The notes below the pieces were generated by a model, which made no database searches, was not told where the DNA came from, and worked only from the letters and a program-made list of their open reading frames with translations. Shown one piece after another: positions 11,182 through 23,187 of a DNA stretch of 64,000 nucleotides. Origin of the DNA: Podarcis melisellensis (taxonomy: Eukaryota); NCBI GenBank assembly GCA_964234715.1, contig OZ174286.1; one strand, 5' to 3'. Numbering within the stretch: position 1 is the stretch's first letter; each line of letters begins with the position of its first letter. The position numbers were made by a program, and so were the translations under genes.

Positions 11182-12364
11182 TATTAACTACATATTACTG
11201 CCTAAGTAAAATGACCCTAAACTAGCTGTTTCTCCTGCATAGACACAATTCTTTTTTTATTTCTCATAAGATTTAATTAAGGCTTTTTCATAATACAATA
11301 CAATAAAAAACTAACATAAATAAGAACAAAAACAGGAAAAGAAAATAAAGAGAAAGAGAAAAGAAAATGCAGATTTTGTCTCTCAAAGGTAGATCTGTGT
11401 CCTACACAGAAAGGGGTGGACCCTCCCAGCTCTCACCTAGGAGCTTCCCCATCTTCTTCCCGTCTCTCACGTTGGGAGATCTTCCCTTCCCTGCCTCTCA
11501 CTCTGGGTCATTCACCAAACAACCATCACCTTCATGTTTGTATAATTCCAATAATGTCCCAGATTAGAGGACACCAAGGAAAGCAAAAGAGGAAGAAAGA
11601 GAGAAGGAAGGATATAAAAAAGAATAGAAGAAAAAATGGGGAAAGGAAAAAAGAAAAATCGATAAAACGGACTTATGATGTTCCGTCTGTCAGTTATATA
11701 CATAAAAAATATAAAATATTCACTCTAGGATGACATCCAGCTGTTCTACCTTCTGCTAGGCAATACGCCCCCAATCTTCAGTCCCAAATGTCTCAGGTTC
11801 ATTGATTTTGTCTTCCACACAAAAAGTAATTATTATTAACAAATGCCAGCAATATTTTTTCTCCACTAACTTCAACAACCATTCATCCATACTAAGCAAT
11901 ACTAAACATTTTCTTCTTTATTCACACAAGAGTCTCCCCACTGTAGTCAGACTAAAGAGATACAATTCAAGCACTAATTTGCTTTTGAAAATCTAGATAA
12001 TGTTCCATTCATTCCTCTGTTGTCACAAGCATCTGTTTGCAGTGATTTCTGGTTAGAGACAAGCATGCAACCTCAGCATTACTTACACTGTACTCTCTGA
12101 GTTTTAGCTTCCAGTGGTACCAACAAGGTGAACTGCAAAGTCTTTGCAGTTTCACAATCATTGTCCTTAGAGTAGTAGCTATGAAAAGCAGCGGAGGAAA
12201 GGGGTGGGTAGAAACTATCTAACACTTATTCTGTTCCTCAGTCCAGAGAAAGAAATCTGCTGGGGTGTCCTGTCAGGTTAATTAAGCAAAACAACGGTTG
12301 AAACAAATGCAACACACTTAAGAGGCCTTGGAGGTGGCTGGAAGCCATCACTGACCTGCTATGG

Positions 12365-12633
12365 CAGGGGCCGGCAACCTGAGGCCCATGGGCCACAAGC
12401 AGCTCACGGGGGTCGTTTAACCAGCCCCCAAGCCTCCCCTGAACCAAGCCACCCGCTTGTCGAGTCCCCGCGTGCTGTGCTAAACTGGCACAGCACAGCT
12501 CAGGGGCTCGCTTCTGCGGCGCTGGAAATCGTGTCTGTGCAGATGCCGGAAATCGCGCGTGTGTGATCCAGCCCACGGGGTAATCTCCCCTGGAGAGAAC
12601 TGGCCCAGGCGAGGTAAACCTTGCCGACCTCTG
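12365..12633. mobile_element. Non-autonomous hAT transposon
   Basis: TIRs CAGGGGCCGGCAA / TTGCCGACCTCTG; perfect 8-bp TSD tgctatgg. Confidence 0.88.
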
Positions 12634-14224
12634 TGCTATGGGGTTAGGAAAAGGGGAGGGACAGATACAGGCAGGTAAAATAGTCAATGGAGAGATTCCT
12701 ACTCTTCCTCCCAACCCCACCCTACAAAAAAAAAATCTTGCAGACCTAAATCTGCCTAAATCTACCTACTCAAACTCTCATACCAAACATATACAGTTCT
12801 TCTCAATGCAACACCAATCATAACAAAAATACACAATCACCCCATCTCCAAACACTATGGTCAGCCAGGGGTTCTTTGTCTTGAGGAAAATGCAAATTGA
12901 ATCCTCACAAATGTGTTAGAGCCTTCTCTGAAAAACTTTCCATGTCACCCTCTTCCAATGCCCTAGTATCCTTTTCTTTTTTTAAAAAAGGCTTTTGAGT
13001 TTTTCTTCTTGATTACACAATCTCTTCCCACACTTCCTTTCTTGGTCTTTTTCAAGTGGCCCTATTGATCTATCCCAGAGGCACTAGGTCAGTCTGCCAC
13101 TAGGAAACCAGGCACAACGTGCAAATCTCCAATCACCATTCTGCCACATGAGCAAGCAGACCACACTGAGTGGAGAGAAGAAGGAAAAACAACAGAGCGA
13201 AAGACAGCATGATCTTTCTCTTTAGCACAGGAAGACCAAATAATGTAGAAATGCCATAGAACAGAGATAGTGTTAACAACAAGAGAACCCCAAAGCAATT
13301 TGCAAACATCTAAACTTCAAGAGGACTGCTGCATACCTCAGGAGTAAGATTCATACGTTTAGCTGGTAACCTCCAGTCTACCTATTCCACAGCAGTCCCA
13401 GGCTTTTAAAAAGGCTATTAAATAGGGAAAAAACCTCTGGGAATTGCTTCATTGGCATTTTTCATAAGTCCTATTTCACCGTGATTTGTAAATCTCATCG
13501 GCATGAGTTACATAGAAAACATGTAATTAAAATTGTAAGACGTTTTAGCTTCAATATTCGGTAGCCAAGCATGCAAGTTCATTTCCAGAAGCATTTTTTC
13601 AACACACTTCACTTTATTTCAGTAATAATGTAGGTAGGAACATTTCCTTAGTGGCCCTGTAAAAGCACTCATAATGTAAAACTAAGAATGAGGTAAGACC
13701 GCTAGTCAACATATTACAGTGTTCCATCTCTGACAATGCTCACACAAGAAATTTTAATGCTGAAGTGTAATAAAGGATACTCTATTGCTTAACATTAACT
13801 CCCAATCTCTGTATGTTTACAGTACCATAGTAAATATAGACAAGGATACATGTTCTAAAGTTCTAAGACCTACTGGTGCTCCCATCTTCTGGTAATGTGT
13901 GTGCTTGTTTTATTTTGACAGTTTGATTAGCCATTACTAAGGTCTCATTTGGTTGCAGTATTGTTAATTATGGTTAATAGACTGGGAGTGTGCTATGACC
14001 TGGAACACTCCCTCTTCTGCACAAATTATTCCCTTTCTTCCATGGTCTTGTTAACTAGCATTTAGTGTTATGTCTAAAATTAGCCACGGCTAGCATCAAT
14101 GCAGCCAGATTTCTTTAACTAAGGTCTGGAAATCTACTTCAGCATCTAGTTTCAAGCACTGGTAATCAGGAATGAATATAATAATCTGATGCCCAAGCAT
14201 ACATTAAGTTTTCTATTTTACTTA

Positions 14225-14570
14225 CAGTGGTACCTCTGGATGCGAATGGGATCTGTCCCGGAGCCCCATTCGCATCCAGAAGTGAACACAACCCACGTCC
14301 GCACACCGTGATTCGCCACTTCTGCGCATGTGGTACCTCTGGATGCGAATAGGATCTGTCCCGGAGCCCCATTCGCATCCAGAAGTGAACACAACCCACG
14401 TCCGCACACCGTGATTCGCCACTTCTGCGCATGTGCGTAACATCATTTTGACCGTCTGCGCATGCGCGAGCGACGAAACACAAAGTAACACACTCAGTTA
14501 CTTCCGGGTTGCCGCAGCACGCCACCCGAAAATACTAATGCCGAAGCTACAACAACCCGAAGTATGACTG
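14225..14570. mobile_element. Tigger/mariner-like MITE with internal 103-bp tandem duplication
   Basis: TA|CAGTGGTACCTC ... GAAGTATGACTG|TA; repeat units start at 14227 and 14330. Confidence 0.85.
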
Positions 14571-15029
14571 TATTTATTTATTGCAAATTCAACACAGAAG
14601 TATGTGGAGATCCTCACTGATGCAGAAATATCTTTACAATGGAATGGAATAGGTCAAGAAACCGTGATAAGTCAGGTAGCAATATTAATGGCTGAACATA
14701 ATGTCCTGTCTACTTGAAACTAAGCTGAGCAAATGAAGCTCTCCGCACAAACTTTGAGATTGCTGCGGTTTACAGAAGAGACACATTGGAGTTGTCATCA
14801 AGCTTGTACTAAGATGTAGTTGTTGCCTGATACCAGTTAATTGTCTACCTGCTGCAGAATTAAAAATGTTGAGCATAAATCAATATATTGTTCAAGCACA
14901 CTACTTCAAACACACACACACACACACACAATTTCTGCGAAATATCAATATTCTCACAGCGGGGTAGTGGGTTTTGTTTATCCAGCTCCCTGTCTTTGCC
15001 TGGGACCTACAAAAGCACATCCTTCAACA

Positions 15030-15230
15030 TAGAGCTGTGTTCTACATCCCCAGTTGGTGGCAGTGATGCTTCTGAATACCAGCTGCTGGAAACCACGGAA
15101 GGGGAGAATGCTCTTGTGTTGGCATCCTGTTGTGGGTTTCCCACAGGCTTCTGGCTGGCCATTGTGAGAACAAGATACTAGAAGAGATGGACTACTGGCC
15201 TGAACCAGCAAGATACAATTAAGTTCTTAG
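15030..15230 (+). mobile_element. CR1-like LINE 3' end fragment
   Basis: ...gtgagaacaagatactag..gatggactactggcctgaaccagc...gttctta tail; reverse-oriented relative at ~25300-25600. Confidence 0.5.
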
Positions 15231-15468
15231 AAATTTACATCCCATGGAACCAATGGCATCATGGATCCCACTCCATTCCATGGAAAAGAACCAATTAAAA
15301 ATTAAAGCCCTAAACTATATAAATCCAAACTCAGTTTTAGGTTTCTTATTACAGAATTATTTTTAGAGCCAAATTTTAGAGTTCCCTTCACACACCTGTT
15401 GTTGTCAGTACAGATTCCGAATAGCTTCCACATAAAAGCAACAGAGAGCATGGCCTCATTGCAAGTAC

Positions 15469-15677
15469 CTGCTTCGTATGCCACACAGATGCTTGGTTTT
15501 GTGGAATCCTCAGCTCTGGTCTCCCATGCAAGACTTTTAAAAGGCAACTGACATTTAGATGAGCGATCCAGAAGTCCTACAACATGGCGGCCAATTGTTT
15601 CTTCTACAGCTACAGTCGTCTTCACGACTTCCAACAGAATCTTCAACAGTCTGTTATTGGCTTTCTGCAAGGCACAT
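15469..15677 (-). CDS. AKAP9: AKAP9 exon 21 (CALQKANNRLLKILLEVVKTTVAVEETIGRHV...)
   Basis: 209 nt, phase 2/1; strongly conserved AKAP9/pericentrin-like motif. Confidence 0.96.
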
Positions 15678-16895
15678 CTGGAAACAGAAAACGGAATGCG
15701 AACTCCATCAAAATTTGTGCACTGAGAATTACACGTTACACAATGGTAACAGAAATATTAGATGCAGGGTATAAAGATGCAGACAAAACTTAACAAAATC
15801 CAAATAAGCAACAAATGGTAGAAAGTTGAGTGATTGGCGTATTAACTCAAATTGAACCACTTACTTCCACATGAATCAAATTAATGACTCAAAGCCATGG
15901 ATAAGGGAACATCAGAACTAAATGACTCCCCCAGGTAGTGTAATAAGCAAAAGGGTTTACTAGCATACTCAATGGTTCCAACTCCCAAGAAGAACAGGAT
16001 GTTGGATGAGATGAAACTTTGATCTGATCCAGGAGGGCTCTTATAGTATTTTGATGGCTAAAATTTTTTTTTCCTGTTGCTAGATCCTGTGTATATTGAG
16101 TTCCCCTATGTTAAATGGAGCCTACCGCAAATAATCATGCATAGAACTGATCTTTTGAGCACCAACTTATGCATGTTTAAGAGATTTTTGGGGCACTTTT
16201 GGGGACATGTTTGCTCAGAACCAAGGCCCCATCTGCACTATACATTTAAAGTAACATTACACCAGCTTAAATAGTCCCAGCTTCTCCTAAAGAACCATGA
16301 GAACTGTAGTTTAAGGGTTCTGAGAGTTCCTCGGGAAGAGGGATTGACTTATAAACCACTTTGAGAATCGTGCAGAGAAAAGCAGAAGCGACATTACATG
16401 GTTCTTTTTATTGTAATCACACAGCTTGTATCTGTCATCCAGCAAAATCACTGTTACGAAAAACCAAACTGTAAATGTAGGTTGGAATAAATGTATAATA
16501 ATATCATGGAGCTTAATGTATATGGACAAATCAGTTTCACATATAGAACACAGCCATAGTTGTGGCACCAGGCACTAACGATCACTACAAATTCCAGTGA
16601 TAATATGGCTACTTATTTAATTCAGTAATTAAATTTTAACACCCCACCCTGAGTTTTTAATGTGTAAGCATTCAAAGTAAAAAGAGACAAGGATCCAATC
16701 CAGGCTCATTTAGTCAAGCAATGCCTTGAGATGAAAACATCTACAGATCTGTAGTCACATTACATAGCTTGACTGCTAGCAAAGTGCTAACATATCATTG
16801 ACATTGACCTATCAGCCTCAAAGTTATGCAATTTCTTCCAGCTGTTGGCATAAAGTTTCTCAGGCTGAAATATCTCAGTCTTCTTAACAGCATAC

Positions 16896-16990
16896 CTTTC
16901 TTTGGAAAGGATATCCGGAGAAGTTTCTTCATGCTTTCCTTCACCTTCACCAATTTCCTCTTTGGATTCATTCTGACTTACATTTTCACC
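16896..16990 (-). CDS. AKAP9: AKAP9 exon 20 (GENVSQNESKEEI...PDILSKER)
   Basis: 95 nt, phase 0/2; PxILSxER end; donor AAG|GTATGC. Confidence 0.88.
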
Positions 16991-17461
16991 CTGGGTAAGT
17001 TTTGGCAATGGCAGAGAGGAAAAAAGATACAAAAATCCCGTCATATTGGAATCAGCACGCTTTTCTGCTTCACAGTCATGTTATGAAAACGGGAGGGGGA
17101 AAACACCCACACCATAATCCACAAGCTTTATATAGATTTAAGTAATAGTTAACTATCCTGTTATCAGATACCTCAAGCTACAGATTGAAATAGTTTAGTC
17201 ACAGCCTATAAGAATCAAGTTTGTTGTGCTAAGTAAACAGTTTCTTAGTTCCTTGTTGGGCGTTACTACAGCAACATTAAAATTAGAGTTTGCTTTCAAT
17301 ATCATGTCAGCTGCCTATGCCCCACCTTCTTATTTAATCAAACCCCATTTAAGTAAATCTGACACCTAATAGGAAAATGTCCTGTGTTGAAAAGAGCAAC
17401 AACAGCAAGGCTACTTCATTTACATTCCGCAGCTTCTAAAGACAGCCAAAGTCTACACTAC

Positions 17462-17602
17462 CTGTGTCTGAGTACCACTGTTTTTTAGCTCACAGGGTAG
17501 CTTCTCTCTCCCTGCCAGGAGCTGCTCCTTTAGTGATTCTAGTTCCTCTAAAAGCATTTGTTCTCTTTCTGTGATGATGCTTTCACTATCCAGTGTGTCA
17601 CT
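17462..17602 (-). CDS. AKAP9: AKAP9 exon 19 (SDTLDSESIITEREQMLLEELESLK...TQTQ)
   Basis: 141 nt; LLEELE.LK...AGREKL.CEL.NS.TQTQ motif. Confidence 0.94.
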
Positions 17603-17788
17603 CTAAAAAAAGAAGAGCACACCACTAACATATTAGAAATACCACAAAAGGAATCAGATATATACTGTATCTGACAATCGTAAGGCTGGGTCCCAGATAT
17701 GACACCATTAAAAATTCTGTTCACTTTGGTCACAGGATTAAAGAGAAAACCAGTCTAAAATTAGGACACTAAGATAAACTGTTCAGTA

Positions 17789-17830
17789 GTGTGTGTGTGT
17801 GTGCGTGCGCGCGCGCGCACACACACACAC
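17789..17830. repeat. Compound (GT)n(GC)n(AC)n microsatellite
   Basis: Alternating purine-pyrimidine tract, self-complementary. Confidence 0.95.
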
Positions 17831-18122
17831 AAATATTTTAATGTGTATATGGGTTGGCTCTGGACTTGCATTCATGGAAGGAACGGAGACCCAGCAGACA
17901 CTCTCAGCTGCAGGAGGACCACAGTGATTTTTGCCCATTATTCCTTTCCCTTGCATCCACCTTCTATGGTGTTCTTGAGGGTTCTGTAGCCCTCTGGAAT
18001 AGCTTTCCAGGTGGCTGCAAGGCCAAAGGAGAAATTGGGGGGGGGGGACCCAGCTCCCTTCCTCTATGCAAATAAAACTCCACTGAACGCAAGTCTGGAT
18101 AGAATCTCTCTCTCTCGTCTTT

Positions 18123-18127
<5 letters not shown>

Positions 18128-18181
<54 letters not shown>
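18128..18181. repeat. (CT)n(GT)n microsatellite
   Basis: Read directly; other dinucleotide repeats at ~14910-14929, 31541-31567, 42718-42757. Confidence 0.95.
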
Positions 18182-18670
18182 ACACAGAGTTTTTAACATA
18201 TATTGGCAAACAAAATGTATTCATTCTGCTTATTCAATTCTGCCATAAGATTGACACAAACACCCCTTTATTTGCATTCTTTATGGGGTGGTATTATTTA
18301 ATCTCAGGCAAAATGTAGAACCTTTTCATTCTCATATCAAATACATATATATAATTTCTGTTCATGGGTTGCCTAGAGAGAGCTAAATCATGAGCCTGGA
18401 TTCGGATGACAAACTAAACCAAATCATGACTTAGGTTCAGTACAGTGCAGCAGCAGCAGCAGCAGAACTGATGCTTGTAAAAGGCAAGGACGACTGTTCA
18501 ATTCATGAAATATCCCCAAGGCTCTTTGAGTTTATGAGAATTGCCAATACCGCATTGGTAGTGACAAGAAAGCTACTCAATTTATCTGTATTTTTTTTTA
18601 AAAAAAAAAGTAATAAAGGAAATTTCAAGCCAAACAAATGAAAAATGTATCCTTCACACAATATGCATCT

Positions 18671-18845
18671 AGATTCAGGTAGGTAGCCGTGTTGGTCTGA
18701 AGCAGTCGAAATAAATTTAAAAATTGTCCAGTAGCATATTCTTTAGATACCATCTGAAGAAGTGTGCATGCACACGAAAGCTTATACCCAGAACAAACTT
18801 AGTTGGTCTCTAAGGTTCTACTGGACAATTTTTTAATTTATTTCG
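18671..18845. mobile_element. Penelope-like element terminal remnant (inverted arrangement) with hammerhead core
   Basis: CAGGTAGGTAGCCGTGTTGGTCTG start; 30-bp inverted arms 18705-18734 / 18818-18847 (29/30); 13-bp direct flank acaatatgcatct. Confidence 0.7.
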
Positions 18846-18956
18846 ACAATATGCATCTGTTTGTGCATGTCATAAGTCTTATAGAAAACCATGGGCAGGG
18901 GAAAGGTTTTTTTTCCCCATATTTCCAGATCTTTCCTGTCTCAGGGCTCACATTAC

Positions 18957-19181
18957 CTCTGCTAACTGTACTTTAAGCCTATCAAGCTCTGCTAGGAGGA
19001 TCTCTTGGTTTTCTTTCTGCAGCTCCATCTGTTTCATGTGACCCTGTTTCAATATTTCTGTTGCCTGCTGATGTTCCTGATGCTGACGGACAAGCTCTTG
19101 ACGCATATCTTCCAAACGCTCTTCATACAATGATCTCTGACTTGAAGATACTATGCTGGAGGTTGAAACTTCATTTTGAAT
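18957..19181 (-). CDS. AKAP9: AKAP9 exon 18 (IQNEVSTSS...LEDMRQELVRQHQEHQQATE...QLAE)
   Basis: 225 nt; LEDMRQELVRQ motif; donor GAG|GTAATG. Confidence 0.94.
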
Positions 19182-19495
19182 CTGTAATTTTTGTTGGCAA
19201 GTATTAAAAATGGCATGAGTTCCATGAAGTAAAAATTTTATCTTACATAGATGTACCTTACATTACCTGTATACCACCAACATCAGATTTTAAAACTCAA
19301 GAAGTTTAAAGCCATGCTTTGCTAATAAGAACATTTATGGTAATAAAATGTTATTTACAGTGCAGTCCTATTGATATATACTCAAAGTAAGCAACATCAA
19401 GTACAAGAAAACTTACTCCAAAATAAGCATGCAGGATTGCAACCTTAGTGAACTTTTAGTCTTTTATGTCCTTTTTTGCATTATTTTGTTTGAAC

Positions 19496-19631
19496 CAGGC
19501 TTCCTCAACCTTGGCCCTCCAGATTTTTAAGACTACAATTCCCAGCATCCCTGACCACTGGTCCTGCTAGCTAGGGATCATGGGAGTTGTAGGCCAAAAA
19601 ACATCTGGAGGGCCAAAGTTGAGGAAGCCTG
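19496..19631. mobile_element. Palindromic hAT MITE (136 bp)
   Basis: TIRs CAGGCTTCCTCAAC / GTTGAGGAAGCCTG; perfect 8-bp TSD gtttgaac. Confidence 0.9.
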
Positions 19632-19815
19632 GTTTGAACTATACAAGCTGAATATCAACCACCACAATTACAGGATATCCACCCTACCCCCATTCTCAAG
19701 CATTATTGTTCACAACAGAATGAGTGGTTTGCTAACCATGCACTGGGAACAAAGAAAATTCACCAAATTATGATTTTCAAAGTAATTTTTTTGAAATATG
19801 TTTGATTGTATTTAC

Positions 19816-20169
19816 CAGAGATGAATTCTGCATAAGCTCTCTATCACTTAAGGAAGAGATTGTTGAATCAAAGTTGTGTAACCCAAATGTTTTAGCAGGC
19901 TTAACATCTGGTTGAAATTGTCCTTCAAGTGATGAAATTTCACCACATTCTTCACTGATCTCTCTGCTAAGTGATTTGGATTCTTCATAATTAGGCATCG
20001 AAATGAGAAGAGAAGCACTATCGAATTTTTCAAGACATTCCTTTCTAGTGAAATTATTTTCTTGCTGAGTTTCTATTGGTACTACCGATAACATTTCTTC
20101 TTCCTTTAGATTTGCAATCCTTGCTAGTTCATTTTTCTGTGCAAACTCAACGCTCATGGTTACCACCAC
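19816..20169 (-). CDS. AKAP9: AKAP9 exon 17 (VVVTMSVEFAQKNELARI...NSSL)
   Basis: 354 nt within ORF 19777..20184; completes RII-binding helix LLQEVAKVVVTMSVEFA; donor CTG|GTAAAT. Confidence 0.92.
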
Positions 20170-21166
20170 CTTAATAAATAACAAATTGAGAGTGAGAGAA
20201 AGAGAGGAGCTACTTTAGATTTTCATATAGATCAATGAATGATACATTCCCTCCATCAGTGACAGCGTAAAATTAAGCTTGCATTATACATATTAAAACA
20301 AGTAATCAACAAAACAAATGATTTTTATTTTTAATCATTTGTGACATTTGATAAATGGCAGAAATATACATGGGATAACAGGAATTAGCTAAAGGGATGT
20401 TGAAGTAGCACAACGGGCAATATCTATATAAGGACTTGCTTATAAGGCAAAACATACTCCTCAAAGTATTCCACAATACACACAGCACTGACAGGAGTAC
20501 TTCTTCACTCAGTTCAGTTTATACCAAACCATGATTTGTGCTAACCATAGTTAAGAAGCCAAACTACAGTCTGAATCAGGTCTGGAGAAAGTTTTCCAGA
20601 CCATGAGCTGCATTTCCTCACGGACAACTTGTGGGGCACAGGAAATCACATGCCAGTGATCAGCTGACACAGGCAAATCTGGGTGAAGTAATAGAGGTAC
20701 TCTTATGTTTGGACAGTTGGCTACATTTCAGCCACCCAAAAAACAGAGGTTTCTACACTCCATCACCCACTACCATCACTCCTTCCTTCATCGAGGCATC
20801 ACAGTTCAAGGAAACATTCAAGCTAGGCAAAAGACTGTGATGAGAGTGCAGGGCTGATGAGGGGTATGGCCCTGGGAGACTCTCAAGTGTGGAATAGCAA
20901 GGCTTGAAGGGATTCATTTGACAACCCACCCCCCAGCCTTAAGTTCCCCAACCCTGTTTGAAACTACCACACAAATGATGCTTTACACTGTTTGTCAGTC
21001 TTGTTTGCTCAGAACTCCTGTATTTACAGGCAGTTGGCTCTCTGATTGGCCTATATACACTGTCTGTCAGTTTAGATGTAATGCCAAACTATAGTAAACC
21101 TTCCTTAACCATGTTTAGGCATGATTCTGAATTAAGCCCCAATATATTGCCAAAGAAAGATGGTAC

Positions 21167-21241
21167 CTTTGCTACTTCTTGCAGTAATTTTTCTTGGTAC
21201 TGTTCTTCCAGAAATTCAGTAACAGCAATGTCATTAGTGAG
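21167..21241 (-). CDS. AKAP9: AKAP9 exon 16 (LTNDIAVTEFLEEQYQEKLLQEVAK)
   Basis: 75 nt; LExQYQExLxxEVAK; first half of the recalled PKA-RII anchoring helix. Confidence 0.92.
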
Positions 21242-21887
21242 CTATATATACATTAAAAAAACAAACAAACAGAAACAGGAAATGTATTCATTTTTAAATA
21301 ATTTTTTTTAAAAAAGAAAATCACTTTTGACTATTCTAAAAGGTTAACTGTACATATTATAAGCTATGCCTTCAGCGTGAAGCAAGGTGATGGCCAGGCA
21401 TAGACTTTCAAAGTATACAACACTGATTTCTACAAGTAATATAATAGCAGCTCTTTTACTGGCTAAAGCACAGGTTTTTGTAGGGGCTCAGCAGTGACTC
21501 ATCCTGCATCTCATATTGTAGGTAATAACAGCCCATACCACAAAGCCCTGTTTTTTTGCTGCAGCAGAATTAACACAGCACATTGCCCTTTTGAAACACA
21601 TGCTGAATGTTCTATCTCGGAATCAAATAGAAGTTATTAAGAGTGAGCAGAATCTCCTGACCAAGTATGAAATCACTTTACAGTATTATCATTTGCTCAA
21701 GAGGCCCAAATCTACTTAAATAAAGCTAAAGGTAGTTAGATCACTGCAAATCAGTTAATCCCAGATGAAATCTGTTTACAAGTTTTGTGTGTGCTTGTGT
21801 GTGGTTTATGTTGATGAGGATCTCTTATTTGTAAACACTAAAAAGTATGCTGGAAAAAAAGTAAAAATCCAGAGTAATCTACAGTAC

Positions 21888-21978
21888 CTCTTCTGGGATT
21901 TCTGTACATTGTTGACGATCACTTTTAGCATTCTTCCCATTCTGCTTAACTTCATTTTCCTGTGATTCCACAGAAATG
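21888..21978 (-). CDS. AKAP9: AKAP9 exon 15 (ISVESQENEVKQ...EIPEE)
   Basis: 91 nt, phase 2/0 as required by neighbours; strong polypyrimidine acceptor. Confidence 0.8.
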
Positions 21979-22134
21979 CTAAAAAGAAAATTTAAAAGGT
22001 GAAGCACATTTCTTCTCCTAAGATGTGTCCATTGTTAAAACACCCATCAGAGTCACAGATACAATGAAACTTTCCAAAGCAATCCAATATTAATAGATAA
22101 CATCATCAATGTCGTTTCTCAAAAGTGGCAAGTA

Positions 22135-22384
22135 CAGTCATGCCTTGGTTTTCAAACAGCTGAGTTCTCGAATGTTTTGGCTCCCGAATGCCGCAAACCC
22201 GGAAGTAACTGCTGCGGTTTGCAAACTATTTTCGAAAGCCGAACATCCGTTGGGGCTTCTGTGGCTTCTGATTGGCTGCAGGAGCTTACTGTAGCCAATT
22301 AGAAACTGCGCTTTGGTTTCCAAACATTTTGGAAGTCGAACGGACTTCCAGAATGTATTCCATTTGACTTCCAAGGTACAACTG
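22135..22384. mobile_element. Tigger/mariner-like MITE
   Basis: TA|CAGTCATGCCTTGG ... CCAAGGTACAACTG|TA; same family as 39540-39780. Confidence 0.82.
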
Positions 22385-23187
22385 TACATGCAAAGGAGGC
22401 CATATTTCTTACAACTACAGAACATAAATATCAGAAGCATCAAAACAATTTCACTGAAAGATAGCTGAAGGGTGATCTGTGTCAAGTCTGGGAGTTTCCA
22501 AAACCTAAAAGCACACTGGGGGGGACCTTATAAACAAGCCGCTCTCATGCTTGTTAGGGCGCCTCCAGTTAACCAAACCAATTCCCCCTTTCTTACTGGG
22601 AGGAGAGGCACTAGTATATTTGCCTCTTCTCCTCCCTTCATGCTAAAATAGTACATGGTACCCTCATCCTTGTCTCATATTGCAGCGCCAATAGAATACC
22701 AGGGGCTTGATAGTATGAAGGTTTTCCCTGCTATCCCAACTGCTGCATTCTGCTTTGCAGATGATCTCTCACATCCACACTCTCTGCCGCAGCTCTTTAG
22801 CGCTCAAGCAGCAAAGACACACAAGGGAGAGACTGATGTTTGTTGTTGATATTCAGCCCCATCCCTTGTGCTTTTATGTTCCTGCTGTTTCTCTAGATCC
22901 TGCGGAAGCTGGAAACCAGGTGTTTTCAATTTCCCCAGGGCCAGGACTCACCCTGCAGCAGATGATCTCTCATGCCCTATTCATTATCACTCTGCAGTTC
23001 TTAAAAGCTCAGAGTCTGGGTCGGAGTGATATTCAATCTTTCCCCCAGTACTCCTGTTCTCTATGATCAACATGCAACAATGATAATAATGGCATTGTAC
23101 TTGTTCTGGTTATCAGCTGTTTTGTGGAGCAGAGAAACCATGATTATCTCCCTCATGTTCTTGTTCCTTCTTGATTCTCTGGCTAAG

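Noticed and set aside
11250-11900. Possible L1-type 3' fragment (also ~31650-32160)
   Set aside because: A-rich composition is suggestive, but I could not confirm a protein motif or TSD
22655-23180. Coding-looking stretch in intron 14 (and similar at 26400-26900)
   Set aside because: Multiple stops and no recognisable homology; probably decayed repeats
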